Below, one piece after another: positions 33,794 to 41,790 of a stretch of DNA of 64,000 nucleotides. Location of the stretch: positions 832,001 to 896,000 of the forward strand of contig CAWAWS010000007.1 in assembly GCA_963785725.1 (NCBI GenBank). Reading direction: 5' to 3'. Position numbers and translations under genes: made by a program. Each line of letters begins with the position of its first letter. Within the stretch, counting starts at the first letter, position 1. Source of the stretch: an uncultured delta proteobacterium (GTDB taxonomy: Bacteria; Myxococcota_A; Polyangia; Palsa-1104). The notes beneath the pieces were generated by a model. That model was not told the DNA's origin. It worked only from the letters and a program-made list of their open reading frames with translations, and searched no databases.

Positions 33794-35101
33794 TTAGAAA
33801 GCGCCGCCGGCGGCGACGCCGACGTTGTTGGCGCCGCCCGTCGGGCTGACGAACCACGCCGAGCTCGAGTGGTGCTTCGGCTTCTCGGCCGGCGCCGGAT
33901 GGCGCAGCGCCGTCTGGTCGACGATCATGAGCACGACGCCGGTCGCGAGCAGAATGCCGCCCGGAATGACGAACGCCTCGCCGAACTCGTTCCACAGCTT
34001 GCCGCGATGCTCGACGGTCTTGTCGTCGTAAGGCGTCGCGTTGGGGTCGTTGAACTGGAAGGGCGCGCCGTGGTTCGTCGGGTCGCCCTGCGAGTCCGTC
34101 GTGAGCACGTTGGCGTAGCTGCGCGCCTGCGACAGGCCGTAGAGGCCGACGCCGACGCCGATCGCGCCCACACCCGCGATGGCCACGCCGGCCCAGAACG
34201 CCGGACCGAACGCCGCTTTGCGCTCGCCCGCCTTGGCGTGCTTGGCGTGTCCGCCGCCGTGCGGCTCGTCGACGGAGCCCATGATCGGCGCCTCTTCGTC
34301 GTCGAGGTCACGATGCGCGCCGCCCGCGCCAGCCGGCGCGTCGTCGTCGCTGGCCTCGGCGGCCGCCTGCACTTGCGCGTTTTCGTCGACGGAGACGATG
34401 TTCGGGCTCGACGGCGAGCCGAACGACTTCACGACGCTGCCGCGATCGTCCTTGCCCTCGATGTAGTACTGGAACGACTTGCCGGCGAGCGCCTCGGCCG
34501 GAATGCGACCGACCTTCTCGCCGCCCTTGCGCCGCATGAGCACCGACGTGAAGTCCGATTCGCCCGCGCCGCGATAGTAGACGTAGACCTTGACGCCCTT
34601 CATGACCGGCATCTTGACGCGCACGTCGACGGGCGAGTTCGGCGGCACGGCGTCGAGCGGCGTGTGCTGCCAGCTGGCCACGGTCGGCGTCGCCGGCTCG
34701 GCGGCCGGCGGCGGCGTGGCTTCGCCACCACCGCTGACGCCACCGCCGTCGCGCTTCTCGCGCTCGACGTCGGCCACGATGCGCTCGACCTCGCCGCAAT
34801 CGTGCGCCTCGGGCGCCTCGGCCAGGTACTTCTTGTAGTAGTAGATGGCGTTATCGGGGTCGCCCATCTTGCGATAGGTGGCGCCGATGTTCTGCAGGAG
34901 CGGCGGCAACCGCTTCAGCAAATAGGCCTTCTTCAGCTCTTTGATGGCTTCGGGATAGCGACCGGCTTTGTAGGCGTCGAGACCGAGCTTGTAATGCTCC
35001 TTCGCCATCGCCGTGATCTCGGCCTCGTCGTCGGCTTGCGCCACGTTGGGCGCGCCACCGATCGCCAAAGCCACCAGCACTGCCACTGCAACCTGCCTCA
35101 T
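33794..35101 (-). CDS. Secreted TPR + Ig-like protein with C-terminal hydrophobic helices
   Basis: Signal peptide; TPRs (AKEHYKLG...NIGATYRKMG); Ig-like domain similar to the 13497..15088 protein. Confidence 0.8.
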   Translation of the reverse strand: MRQVAVAVLVALAIGGAPNVAQADDEAEITAMAKEHYKLGLDAYKAGRYPEAIKELKKAYLLKRLPPLLQNIGATYRKMGDPDNAIYYYKKYLAEAPEAHDCGEVERIVADVEREKRDGGGVSGGGEATPPPAAEPATPTVASWQHTPLDAVPPNSPVDVRVKMPVMKGVKVYVYYRGAGESDFTSVLMRRKGGEKVGRIPAEALAGKSFQYYIEGKDDRGSVVKSFGSPSSPNIVSVDENAQVQAAAEASDDDAPAGAGGAHRDLDDEEAPIMGSVDEPHGGGHAKHAKAGERKAAFGPAFWAGVAIAGVGAIGVGVGLYGLSQARSYANVLTTDSQGDPTNHGAPFQFNDPNATPYDDKTVEHRGKLWNEFGEAFVIPGGILLATGVVLMIVDQTALRHPAPAEKPKHHSSSAWFVSPTGGANNVGVAAGGAF

Positions 35102-35162
35102 ACGTAACACCCCTTAATTACTCGTATTCTCGGTCGAGCTAAGAATCAATTCGGCGAATGAG

Positions 35163-37232
35163 CTACTGCGCGAAAGGGTCGACCCAGTCGGCGCCCTTGC
35201 CCGACTTGCCTTCCTTCTTGGCGGCCTTGTGCGCCGGAGCCGGCGCCTCGTCATCGTCGTCGTCGCTGGCAGCGGCGGCGGCGTGCTTGCGCGGCGCCGC
35301 GGCGACGTGCGCCGACTCGACCTTGGCGACGTGCCTGACCGCGCGATGCGGCGCCTGCTGCTGCTGCTGACGCTCCTGCGCCAGCGTCGGCGGGACCTCT
35401 TCCGGCGTCGGCGGACGCGGCGCTTCGAGCGGCGTGACCACCGGGTTCGCGCCGTGCGTCGCGGCGGCCGACGTCGTCGACGGCTGTCCGCCGAGCGGCG
35501 TGACCACCGGCGCCGAAGCCTGCTGCTGCGGTTGCGCCGGCTGCTGCACGACGACCGGCTGCGCCGGCTGCGACGGCATCATCGCCTTGACCATCGCGAA
35601 CACGAGCACCGAGCCGCACAGGAAGGCCGCGAACATGCCGCCCACCCAGACGACCGGATTGGCCGTCCACGGCACGACGCGCGGCAGCGGCGACGAGACG
35701 ACTTCGGTGCGCTCGGCGCGGCGCTTCGGCCCCGTCGGCGGCGGATCGAGCGGCTCGGCTTCATCGGACACATCGAGCGCCAGCGCCGGCTCGAACGGGT
35801 TGCCGCGACGCTTGCTCGGCGTCGGCCCGCTGTCGACCATCGCCGACTGCGCCTGCGGCGGCGGCAGCGGCGTCTCGTCCATCTTGGCCTTGCGCAGCCG
35901 GTTCGACTTGTCCGCCTTGCGGATCAGCTGACCGGCTTCGGCCGCCTTGCCGCGCGGCTTGACGACAATCGGCGCCGAGACGTGCTCGTCCTGCTCGAGG
36001 CGCGCCTCGTCATCGGGCTCGTCGTCGACGAGCTCGACGTCGCCCGTGTGCAAATCCCAGCCATCGCTCGTCGGAAACGTCGCGTTGGCCTGGCTGATGA
36101 AGTCCTCGAGCGAGGCCTCCACAGATTCGGGCGAGTTCTGGGTGTCTTCCTTGCGCGTGGTCGTCTGCATACCGTTTCCACTCCCTCGCGGTGTTTTCGC
36201 CGGTTCGAGCTGTTGCCGAGTCGCGTTGGCCAATTCCGTTACATCTATCTTGCCCATCGGCGCCGTGGCGTCCGGCGTCGTGAGTGCCGCTTGTTTCACT
36301 TTGCGGGCCTGGGACGCCCGCGCGATGACGTGCGAAGCCGCTGCGTCTTCCAGCGTGCGCGCGCCTTTGGCCCAGCCGGCGACCGCCTTGTGCAGCGCGT
36401 CCACCGTCGAGTAACGATCGCTCTGCGCCTTCGACAGCGCCTTCAGAATGATGCGCGCCAAGAGCTCGTCGACGCCCGGCGGCGGCTGCGGCGGCTCGGC
36501 CAGGTGACGCATCATCACTTGCCCATGCGTCGGCCCGTTGAACGGCAGCGTGCCCGAGAACAACTCATACATCAGCACGCCGAGCGAATAGACGTCGGTG
36601 CGCTCATCGGCATGACCACCGAACTGCTCGGGCGCCATATAGAACGGATTGCCGACGATCACGCCCTTGTCGACGCCGCCGGCCAGCCGCGCCGCGCCGA
36701 AGTCGAGCACCTTGACGACGAGCCTGCCGTCGATCGGGCACAAGAAGACGTTGCGCGGCTTCAAGCCGCCGTGGACGACGCCCGCTTTGTGCGCGCGCGC
36801 CAACGTCATGCACAGCTGCTCGACGATCTCGACGGCGCGACGCGGCGCCAGCGCGCCCGACTCTTCGAGCGCCGCTTCCAGATCGACGCCGGTCAGCTCG
36901 TCCATCGTGTAGAAGAACTCGCCGTCCTCGCCGAAGCCGCAGTCGTAGACGCGGACGAAATGCTCGTCGTCGAGCGCGTTGAGCGCTTGCAGATCGTGCC
37001 ACAGCTTCTCGGAGTGTTTTTCGCGCGAGAGCTCGCGGTGCATGACCTTGACGGCCATGCGCTCGCCCATCAAATCCTCGGCGCGATATACCGCACCAGT
37101 GGCGCCTTCACCGATATAGCTGGTGACCTCGTACCCACCGAAGCTCTTGCCGACGAGCGGACCCAGCTCGTCGTGCGAGGGCGCCGGCGCGGGCAGCGGC
37201 GTCTGCGCGGTAATCGGAGCGTTTTTCGACAT
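35163..37232 (-). CDS. Membrane Ser/Thr kinase-like protein, probable pseudokinase
   Basis: GEGATG, AVK, DFG and YMAPE present, but the catalytic loop reads HGGLKPRN; TM helix; C-terminal WVDPF. Confidence 0.85.
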   Translation of the reverse strand: MSKNAPITAQTPLPAPAPSHDELGPLVGKSFGGYEVTSYIGEGATGAVYRAEDLMGERMAVKVMHRELSREKHSEKLWHDLQALNALDDEHFVRVYDCGFGEDGEFFYTMDELTGVDLEAALEESGALAPRRAVEIVEQLCMTLARAHKAGVVHGGLKPRNVFLCPIDGRLVVKVLDFGAARLAGGVDKGVIVGNPFYMAPEQFGGHADERTDVYSLGVLMYELFSGTLPFNGPTHGQVMMRHLAEPPQPPPGVDELLARIILKALSKAQSDRYSTVDALHKAVAGWAKGARTLEDAAASHVIARASQARKVKQAALTTPDATAPMGKIDVTELANATRQQLEPAKTPRGSGNGMQTTTRKEDTQNSPESVEASLEDFISQANATFPTSDGWDLHTGDVELVDDEPDDEARLEQDEHVSAPIVVKPRGKAAEAGQLIRKADKSNRLRKAKMDETPLPPPQAQSAMVDSGPTPSKRRGNPFEPALALDVSDEAEPLDPPPTGPKRRAERTEVVSSPLPRVVPWTANPVVWVGGMFAAFLCGSVLVFAMVKAMMPSQPAQPVVVQQPAQPQQQASAPVVTPLGGQPSTTSAAATHGANPVVTPLEAPRPPTPEEVPPTLAQERQQQQQAPHRAVRHVAKVESAHVAAAPRKHAAAAASDDDDDEAPAPAHKAAKKEGKSGKGADWVDPFAQ

Positions 37233-37313
37233 ACGTTGCGCCCCTCCGTCGAATCCGAGGGCAACATAGCCTAAAAACGAGCTGTGGATAGAGTGGAAAA
37301 GTGTTTGCAGTTT

Positions 37314-37526
37314 TTAGACGTACACTACCGTAAGCCCTTCGAATTCTGCGAGGTGGCGTGATAACTCCTCCGCACTCAAGTAGCCCCTGCGGACGATTGT
37401 TTCGCCTAGTCGCCTACCGGAAATCCAGTGGTCGGCCAGCGCATCCAGCAGCTGTCCTTCACTGATCAGCTGCTTGCCGACGAGAAAGTCCCCGAACCGC
37501 ACCGGCTCGAGCGCAACGACCGCCAT
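37314..37526 (-). CDS. Stand-alone MshEN (c-di-GMP-binding) protein, 70 aa
   Basis: RFGDFLVGKQLISEGQLLDALADH-WISGR-RLGETIVRRGYLSAEELSRHLAEF: two 24-aa MshEN-type motifs with a 5-aa spacer. Confidence 0.75.
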   Translation of the reverse strand: MAVVALEPVRFGDFLVGKQLISEGQLLDALADHWISGRRLGETIVRRGYLSAEELSRHLAEFEGLTVVYV

Positions 37527-37558
37527 GTTTCTCCCCCATTTCCCCTGAAGCGCACACA

Positions 37559-37587
37559 CGTGTACACACCTCGACTTATGCTGTCAA
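37559..37587 (-). promoter_or_regulatory. Putative sigma70 promoter for the MshEN gene
   Basis: TTGACA-N17-TACACG on the minus strand. Confidence 0.4.
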
Positions 37588-37629
37588 GGTCTGGAATTTT
37601 GAACCTTTCCTGATACATTGCGCCTCCTC

Positions 37630-38889
37630 ATGTCCCCAACAGTTCCACCGCCGCGCCGTCGGCCGGGTGCGCGCGTGATGAGCGGCGCGCCGCGCGTCCG
37701 TCGCGGCTCGGTCAAAGTCAGCGGCGAAATCGCCACCCGCCTGCGCAACGGCCATCCTTATTTGTTTCGCGATGCGCTCGGATCGCGGCCGCTGCAGCAG
37801 TCGTCGGGCGACCTGGTGGAGATCTTGGATCCGGCCGGCGAGTTCGTCGCCAAGGGGCTGTACGATCCGCACGGCGCCGTCGCCGTTCGCGTCGTCACGC
37901 GCGATCCGGCAGGCATCTTCGACGGCGAGACCATCCATCGCCGCGTCGAGACCGCGCGCCGCTTGCGCGAGCAGCTCCTGCCCGCCGACGGCAGCGACTG
38001 TTTCCGCGTGCTGCACAACGAGGGCGACGGCATTCCCAGCGTCACCGTCGACAAATATGGCGACTACCTGGTCGCGCACTTGTATTCGTCGTCGATGGAG
38101 CCGCTGCGTGACGCGCTCTACGACGCGCTCGAAGACGTGTGGCAACCGAAGTCGATCTACGAGCAGAAGCGCTACAAGCCGCAAGCGGGCGACGGTCCGC
38201 GCGAGCCGGCGCAGCTCGTGCGCGGGCAAGTGGCGCCGGTCGAGATCGAGGTCAACGAAGGCGGCACCAAGTTCGTCGTCGACGTCACCGCGCCGCTCGG
38301 CACCGGCCTCTTCACCGACCTGCGCGAAGGGCGTAAAGCGATCGCGAATTACGCGTCCGGTCGTCGCGTGCTCAACCTGTTTTCGTACACGGGCGCGTTC
38401 TCGGTGTGGGCGGCGAAGGCGGGCGCGCGCGAGATCGTGTCGGTCGACCTAGCGCCGAAAGCGCACGCGCGGGCGCGGCGCAATCTGACGGCCAACGGGC
38501 TCGACGAGGCCAAGCACGAGTTCATCGCCGGCGACGCCTTCAAGGTCTTGTACAAGATGGGCGAGCGGCAGCGGCTGTTCGATCTCATCATCCTCGATCC
38601 GCCGTCGTTCGCGCAGGCCAAGGGCAAGACGTTCAGCGTGCAGAAGGACTACCGCGAGCTGGTGGAAGCGGCGTTGGCCGTCGCGGCGCCGGGCGCGCTC
38701 ATGGCCGCGGTGTCGAACACGATGAAGATCTCGGCCGAGGAGATCGATCGCGCCATCGGCGACGCGGCGGTGCGGCAGCGACGGCAAGTGCGCGTCGTCG
38801 AGCGCCGCGGCTTGCCCGCCGATTTCCCGGTGCCGGCCGGCTTCATCGACGGCCACTACCTCAAGTTCTTCCTCTGCGCCGTCGGCTGA
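37630..38889 (+). CDS. RlmI/RlmK-type SAM-dependent rRNA methyltransferase
   Basis: PUA-like N-terminus; TGLFTDLRE, VLNLFSYTGAFS and DLIILDPPSF. Confidence 0.88.
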   Translation: MSPTVPPPRRRPGARVMSGAPRVRRGSVKVSGEIATRLRNGHPYLFRDALGSRPLQQSSGDLVEILDPAGEFVAKGLYDPHGAVAVRVVTRDPAGIFDGETIHRRVETARRLREQLLPADGSDCFRVLHNEGDGIPSVTVDKYGDYLVAHLYSSSMEPLRDALYDALEDVWQPKSIYEQKRYKPQAGDGPREPAQLVRGQVAPVEIEVNEGGTKFVVDVTAPLGTGLFTDLREGRKAIANYASGRRVLNLFSYTGAFSVWAAKAGAREIVSVDLAPKAHARARRNLTANGLDEAKHEFIAGDAFKVLYKMGERQRLFDLIILDPPSFAQAKGKTFSVQKDYRELVEAALAVAAPGALMAAVSNTMKISAEEIDRAIGDAAVRQRRQVRVVERRGLPADFPVPAGFIDGHYLKFFLCAVG

Positions 38890-38902
38890 AACAGCTGCAG
38901 CT

Positions 38903-39949
38903 CTAAGCGCTTCGTACCGCGTCAGCCAACGCATCCAACGCGACGATTCGATCGGCGCAGCCGGCGTCGACGCAGGCGCGCGGCATGCCCCAGATGACGC
39001 TCGAGGCTTCGTCTTGCACGAGCGTGGCGCCGCCGGCGGCTTTGATGGCGCGCATGCCGTCGGCGCCGTCTTTGCCCATGCCGGTCATGACGACGCCGAC
39101 AGCGCGCCGGCCGAACACCGACGCCGCCGAGCGCATCGTGACGTCGGCCGACGGGCGCACGCTGTTGACTTCGGGCCCGTCGGTGATGTGCACGCTGCCG
39201 TCGAACGCCAGCTCCAAGTGGTGATCGCCGGGAGCGACGAGCGCCAGGCCCGCTTGCGGACGATCGCCCTCGACCGCTTCGCGCACGCGGATGGCGCACA
39301 GCCCGTCGAGCCGCTCGGCCAGCGCCGCCGTGAAGCCGCTCGGCAAGTGCTGCACGACGATCAGCGCCAGCGACGTGTCGGCGGGAAAGCGCGGCAAGAA
39401 GCGCCCGAGCGCGGCCGGTCCGCCCGTCGACACGCCGACAATCGCGACCTTCGGGCCGACGAGCCCGACGGCGCGCGGCGCGGTCAAGCGTGCCGCCGGC
39501 GCGGCCGCGCGCGCGGCGCCGACCATCGCCATCGGCTTGGCCGTCGCCGCCGCGGCGACTTTGGCGACGAGCGCGCCGGCGATCCGCTGCAGCTCGGCCG
39601 AGACCTCGCCCGACGGCTTGGCGAGAAAATCGACGGCGCCCGCGGCCAGCGCTTCGAACGTCTCGCGCGCGCCCTCTTTCGTGTGCGCCGACAGCATGAC
39701 GACCGGCGTCGGATGCGTCTTCATGATCTCGCGCACGGCGCCGGCGCCGTCGAGCAGCGGCATGTTGAAGTCCATCGTGCACACGTCGGGGCGCAGCGCG
39801 GCCACTTTGTCGACGGCTTCGCGGCCGTTCTTGGCCTCGCCGATCACGTCGAAGCGGCCGTCGCTGACCAGCATCTTCTTGATGGCGGCGCGCATGAACA
39901 GCGAGTCGTCGGTGATGAGGACGCGAATCAACTTGTTTGCTTGGCTCAC
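38903..39949 (-). CDS. cheB: Chemotaxis methylesterase (REC + CheB)
   Basis: RVLITDDS..TMDFNMP; GVSTGGP, VVQHLP, RPSAD, MTGMGKDG; GTG start overlaps the upstream stop. Confidence 0.93.
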   Translation of the reverse strand: MSQANKLIRVLITDDSLFMRAAIKKMLVSDGRFDVIGEAKNGREAVDKVAALRPDVCTMDFNMPLLDGAGAVREIMKTHPTPVVMLSAHTKEGARETFEALAAGAVDFLAKPSGEVSAELQRIAGALVAKVAAAATAKPMAMVGAARAAAPAARLTAPRAVGLVGPKVAIVGVSTGGPAALGRFLPRFPADTSLALIVVQHLPSGFTAALAERLDGLCAIRVREAVEGDRPQAGLALVAPGDHHLELAFDGSVHITDGPEVNSVRPSADVTMRSAASVFGRRAVGVVMTGMGKDGADGMRAIKAAGGATLVQDEASSVIWGMPRACVDAGCADRIVALDALADAVRSA

Positions 39950-41790
39950 GTCCGCTCCTGGTTGCCGTCGCCGTCGCCGCAGCGCGCGGCCGGGCTCATC
40001 GCGTCCGCCGTCTTCATGCGCAGCGCCACGTACGCGTTGACCGGCTCGGCCACGCCTTTGAGCTGCATGGCGCGGCAGGGCTCGTATTCGATGTGCTCGC
40101 GCGTCGCCAAATAGGTCTTCTCGCCGACGAGGACGCCGCCTTTGGGCGCGTTGGCCTCGAAGCGCTGGGCGCGATTGACGACGTCGCCGATGACGGTGTA
40201 ATCGCGGCGCACGTGACGCGAGCCGATGTCGCCGCGCACGACCGGGCCGATGTTGACGCCGATGCGGATCATGAGCGGCGGGTTGCGCTGCAGCTTCTCG
40301 TTCCAGGCGCGCAGCGTCGTTTGCATGGCCAAGGCCGCGCGCACGGCCCGCAGCGGCGCCGGATCGCCGTCGGGCAGCTCGTCGAACAGCGCCATGATCG
40401 CGTCGCCGATGAACTTGTCGATGTCGGCCGCTTCGTCCTTCAGCACCGGGCACATGGCGTCGAAGAAGGAGTTGAGCAGCTCGACCACTTCCATCGGCTG
40501 CATCGTCGAGCTCATGGACGTGAAGCCGCAAATGTCGCTGAAGAGGACGGCCATCTCGCGCGCCTCGGCGCGCACGGCGTCGTTCGATCCGGAGCGCGCC
40601 GTCTCTTCGGCCGCGCGCACGGCGCCGTCGCTGATGTAGAGCCGCGACGCCTCTTTGTAGGCGATGAGCCGGCGCTCGGCCAAGACGCGCTCGACCATGG
40701 CGATGCATTTGTCGACGGAGAACGGCTTGACCAAGTAGCTGGTGAGGCCGACGGCGCGCATCTGCGCCTGGTCGCGCCGCGTGTCGCGCGCCGTCAGCAT
40801 CAAGGTCGGGATGTCGCGCAGCTTCGGGTCGCGTTTGAGCGCGTGCACCAGCTCGAAGCCGGTCAAGCGCGGCATATCGTAGTCGGTGACGATCATGTCG
40901 AAGCGCGCTTCGCGGGCGCGCTCGAGCGCGTTCTGGCCGTCGTCGGCGACGGTGACGTTGAACCCTTGGCGGCCGAGCGCGTCGGCGATCAAGTGGCGAA
41001 TCGCCGGCGAGTCGTCGACGACGAGGATGCGCTCGCGCTGGCCGGGCTCGACGCCGAACGTCGTCAACAGCGAGCGCACGCGCGAGGTCAATTCGTCGGG
41101 CGCCGCGGGTTTGACCAGGTAATCGTCGGCGCCGGCGTCGAAGCCGCGCTCGAGGTCGGCCGCTTCGCCGAGCGCCGAGCAGATGATGACGGGCGTCGGC
41201 GGCAGTTGTCCGGCGGCGCAGCGCTCTTTGATCGCCTTGCACACGCCGTAGCCGTCGAGCTTGGGCATTTCGACGTCGGTGATGACGAGATCGGGCTTGC
41301 GCTCGTCGACCACGTCGAGCGCCTCGGCGCCGTCGAACGCGCTGACGACGTCGTAGCCGGCCTCTTCGAGGATGGGCGCGGTGTGGCGATGGATGAGCGC
41401 CGAGTCGTCGACGAGCAGCATCAATTTGCGGCCGCGCGTGGCGATGCCGATGGCGTCGAGCAGCTCGCCGGCCGAGAACGGGATGCGCAAGAACGCCGCC
41501 TCGACGCGGCGGGCGTCGCCGGCGTCGGCGGCGTCGGGTGAGACGAGCAGCGCCGGCGTGAGCACGGGCGCGGCCATCGGTCCGCCGCGGCGCAGGCGCG
41601 CGATGAGCTCGTGGCCTTCGTCGCCGGCGACCCGCGCGGCGACGACGACGGCGTCGGGCGGCGCGGCGCGACAGGCGGCGAAGAAGGCGTCGGCGGTCGC
41701 GAACGCCGACACGTCGTGACCGGCGGCGGCGAGCGGACGGCGCACGAACTCGGGCAGCACGCTGCCGGCGGCGAGGACGTAGACGTTCAC
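39946..41790 (-). CDS. Triple-receiver class III adenylate cyclase (pseudo-REC, REC, REC, CYCc)
   Basis: Two intact RECs (VDD..TDVEMP..KP; VDD..TDYDMP..KP); cyclase motifs LFSDICGFT, DKFIGDAIMA, DYTVIGDVVNRAQRFE. Confidence 0.92.
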   Translation of the reverse strand: MNVYVLAAGSVLPEFVRRPLAAAGHDVSAFATADAFFAACRAAPPDAVVVAARVAGDEGHELIARLRRGGPMAAPVLTPALLVSPDAADAGDARRVEAAFLRIPFSAGELLDAIGIATRGRKLMLLVDDSALIHRHTAPILEEAGYDVVSAFDGAEALDVVDERKPDLVITDVEMPKLDGYGVCKAIKERCAAGQLPPTPVIICSALGEAADLERGFDAGADDYLVKPAAPDELTSRVRSLLTTFGVEPGQRERILVVDDSPAIRHLIADALGRQGFNVTVADDGQNALERAREARFDMIVTDYDMPRLTGFELVHALKRDPKLRDIPTLMLTARDTRRDQAQMRAVGLTSYLVKPFSVDKCIAMVERVLAERRLIAYKEASRLYISDGAVRAAEETARSGSNDAVRAEAREMAVLFSDICGFTSMSSTMQPMEVVELLNSFFDAMCPVLKDEAADIDKFIGDAIMALFDELPDGDPAPLRAVRAALAMQTTLRAWNEKLQRNPPLMIRIGVNIGPVVRGDIGSRHVRRDYTVIGDVVNRAQRFEANAPKGGVLVGEKTYLATREHIEYEPCRAMQLKGVAEPVNAYVALRMKTADAMSPAARCGDGDGNQERT

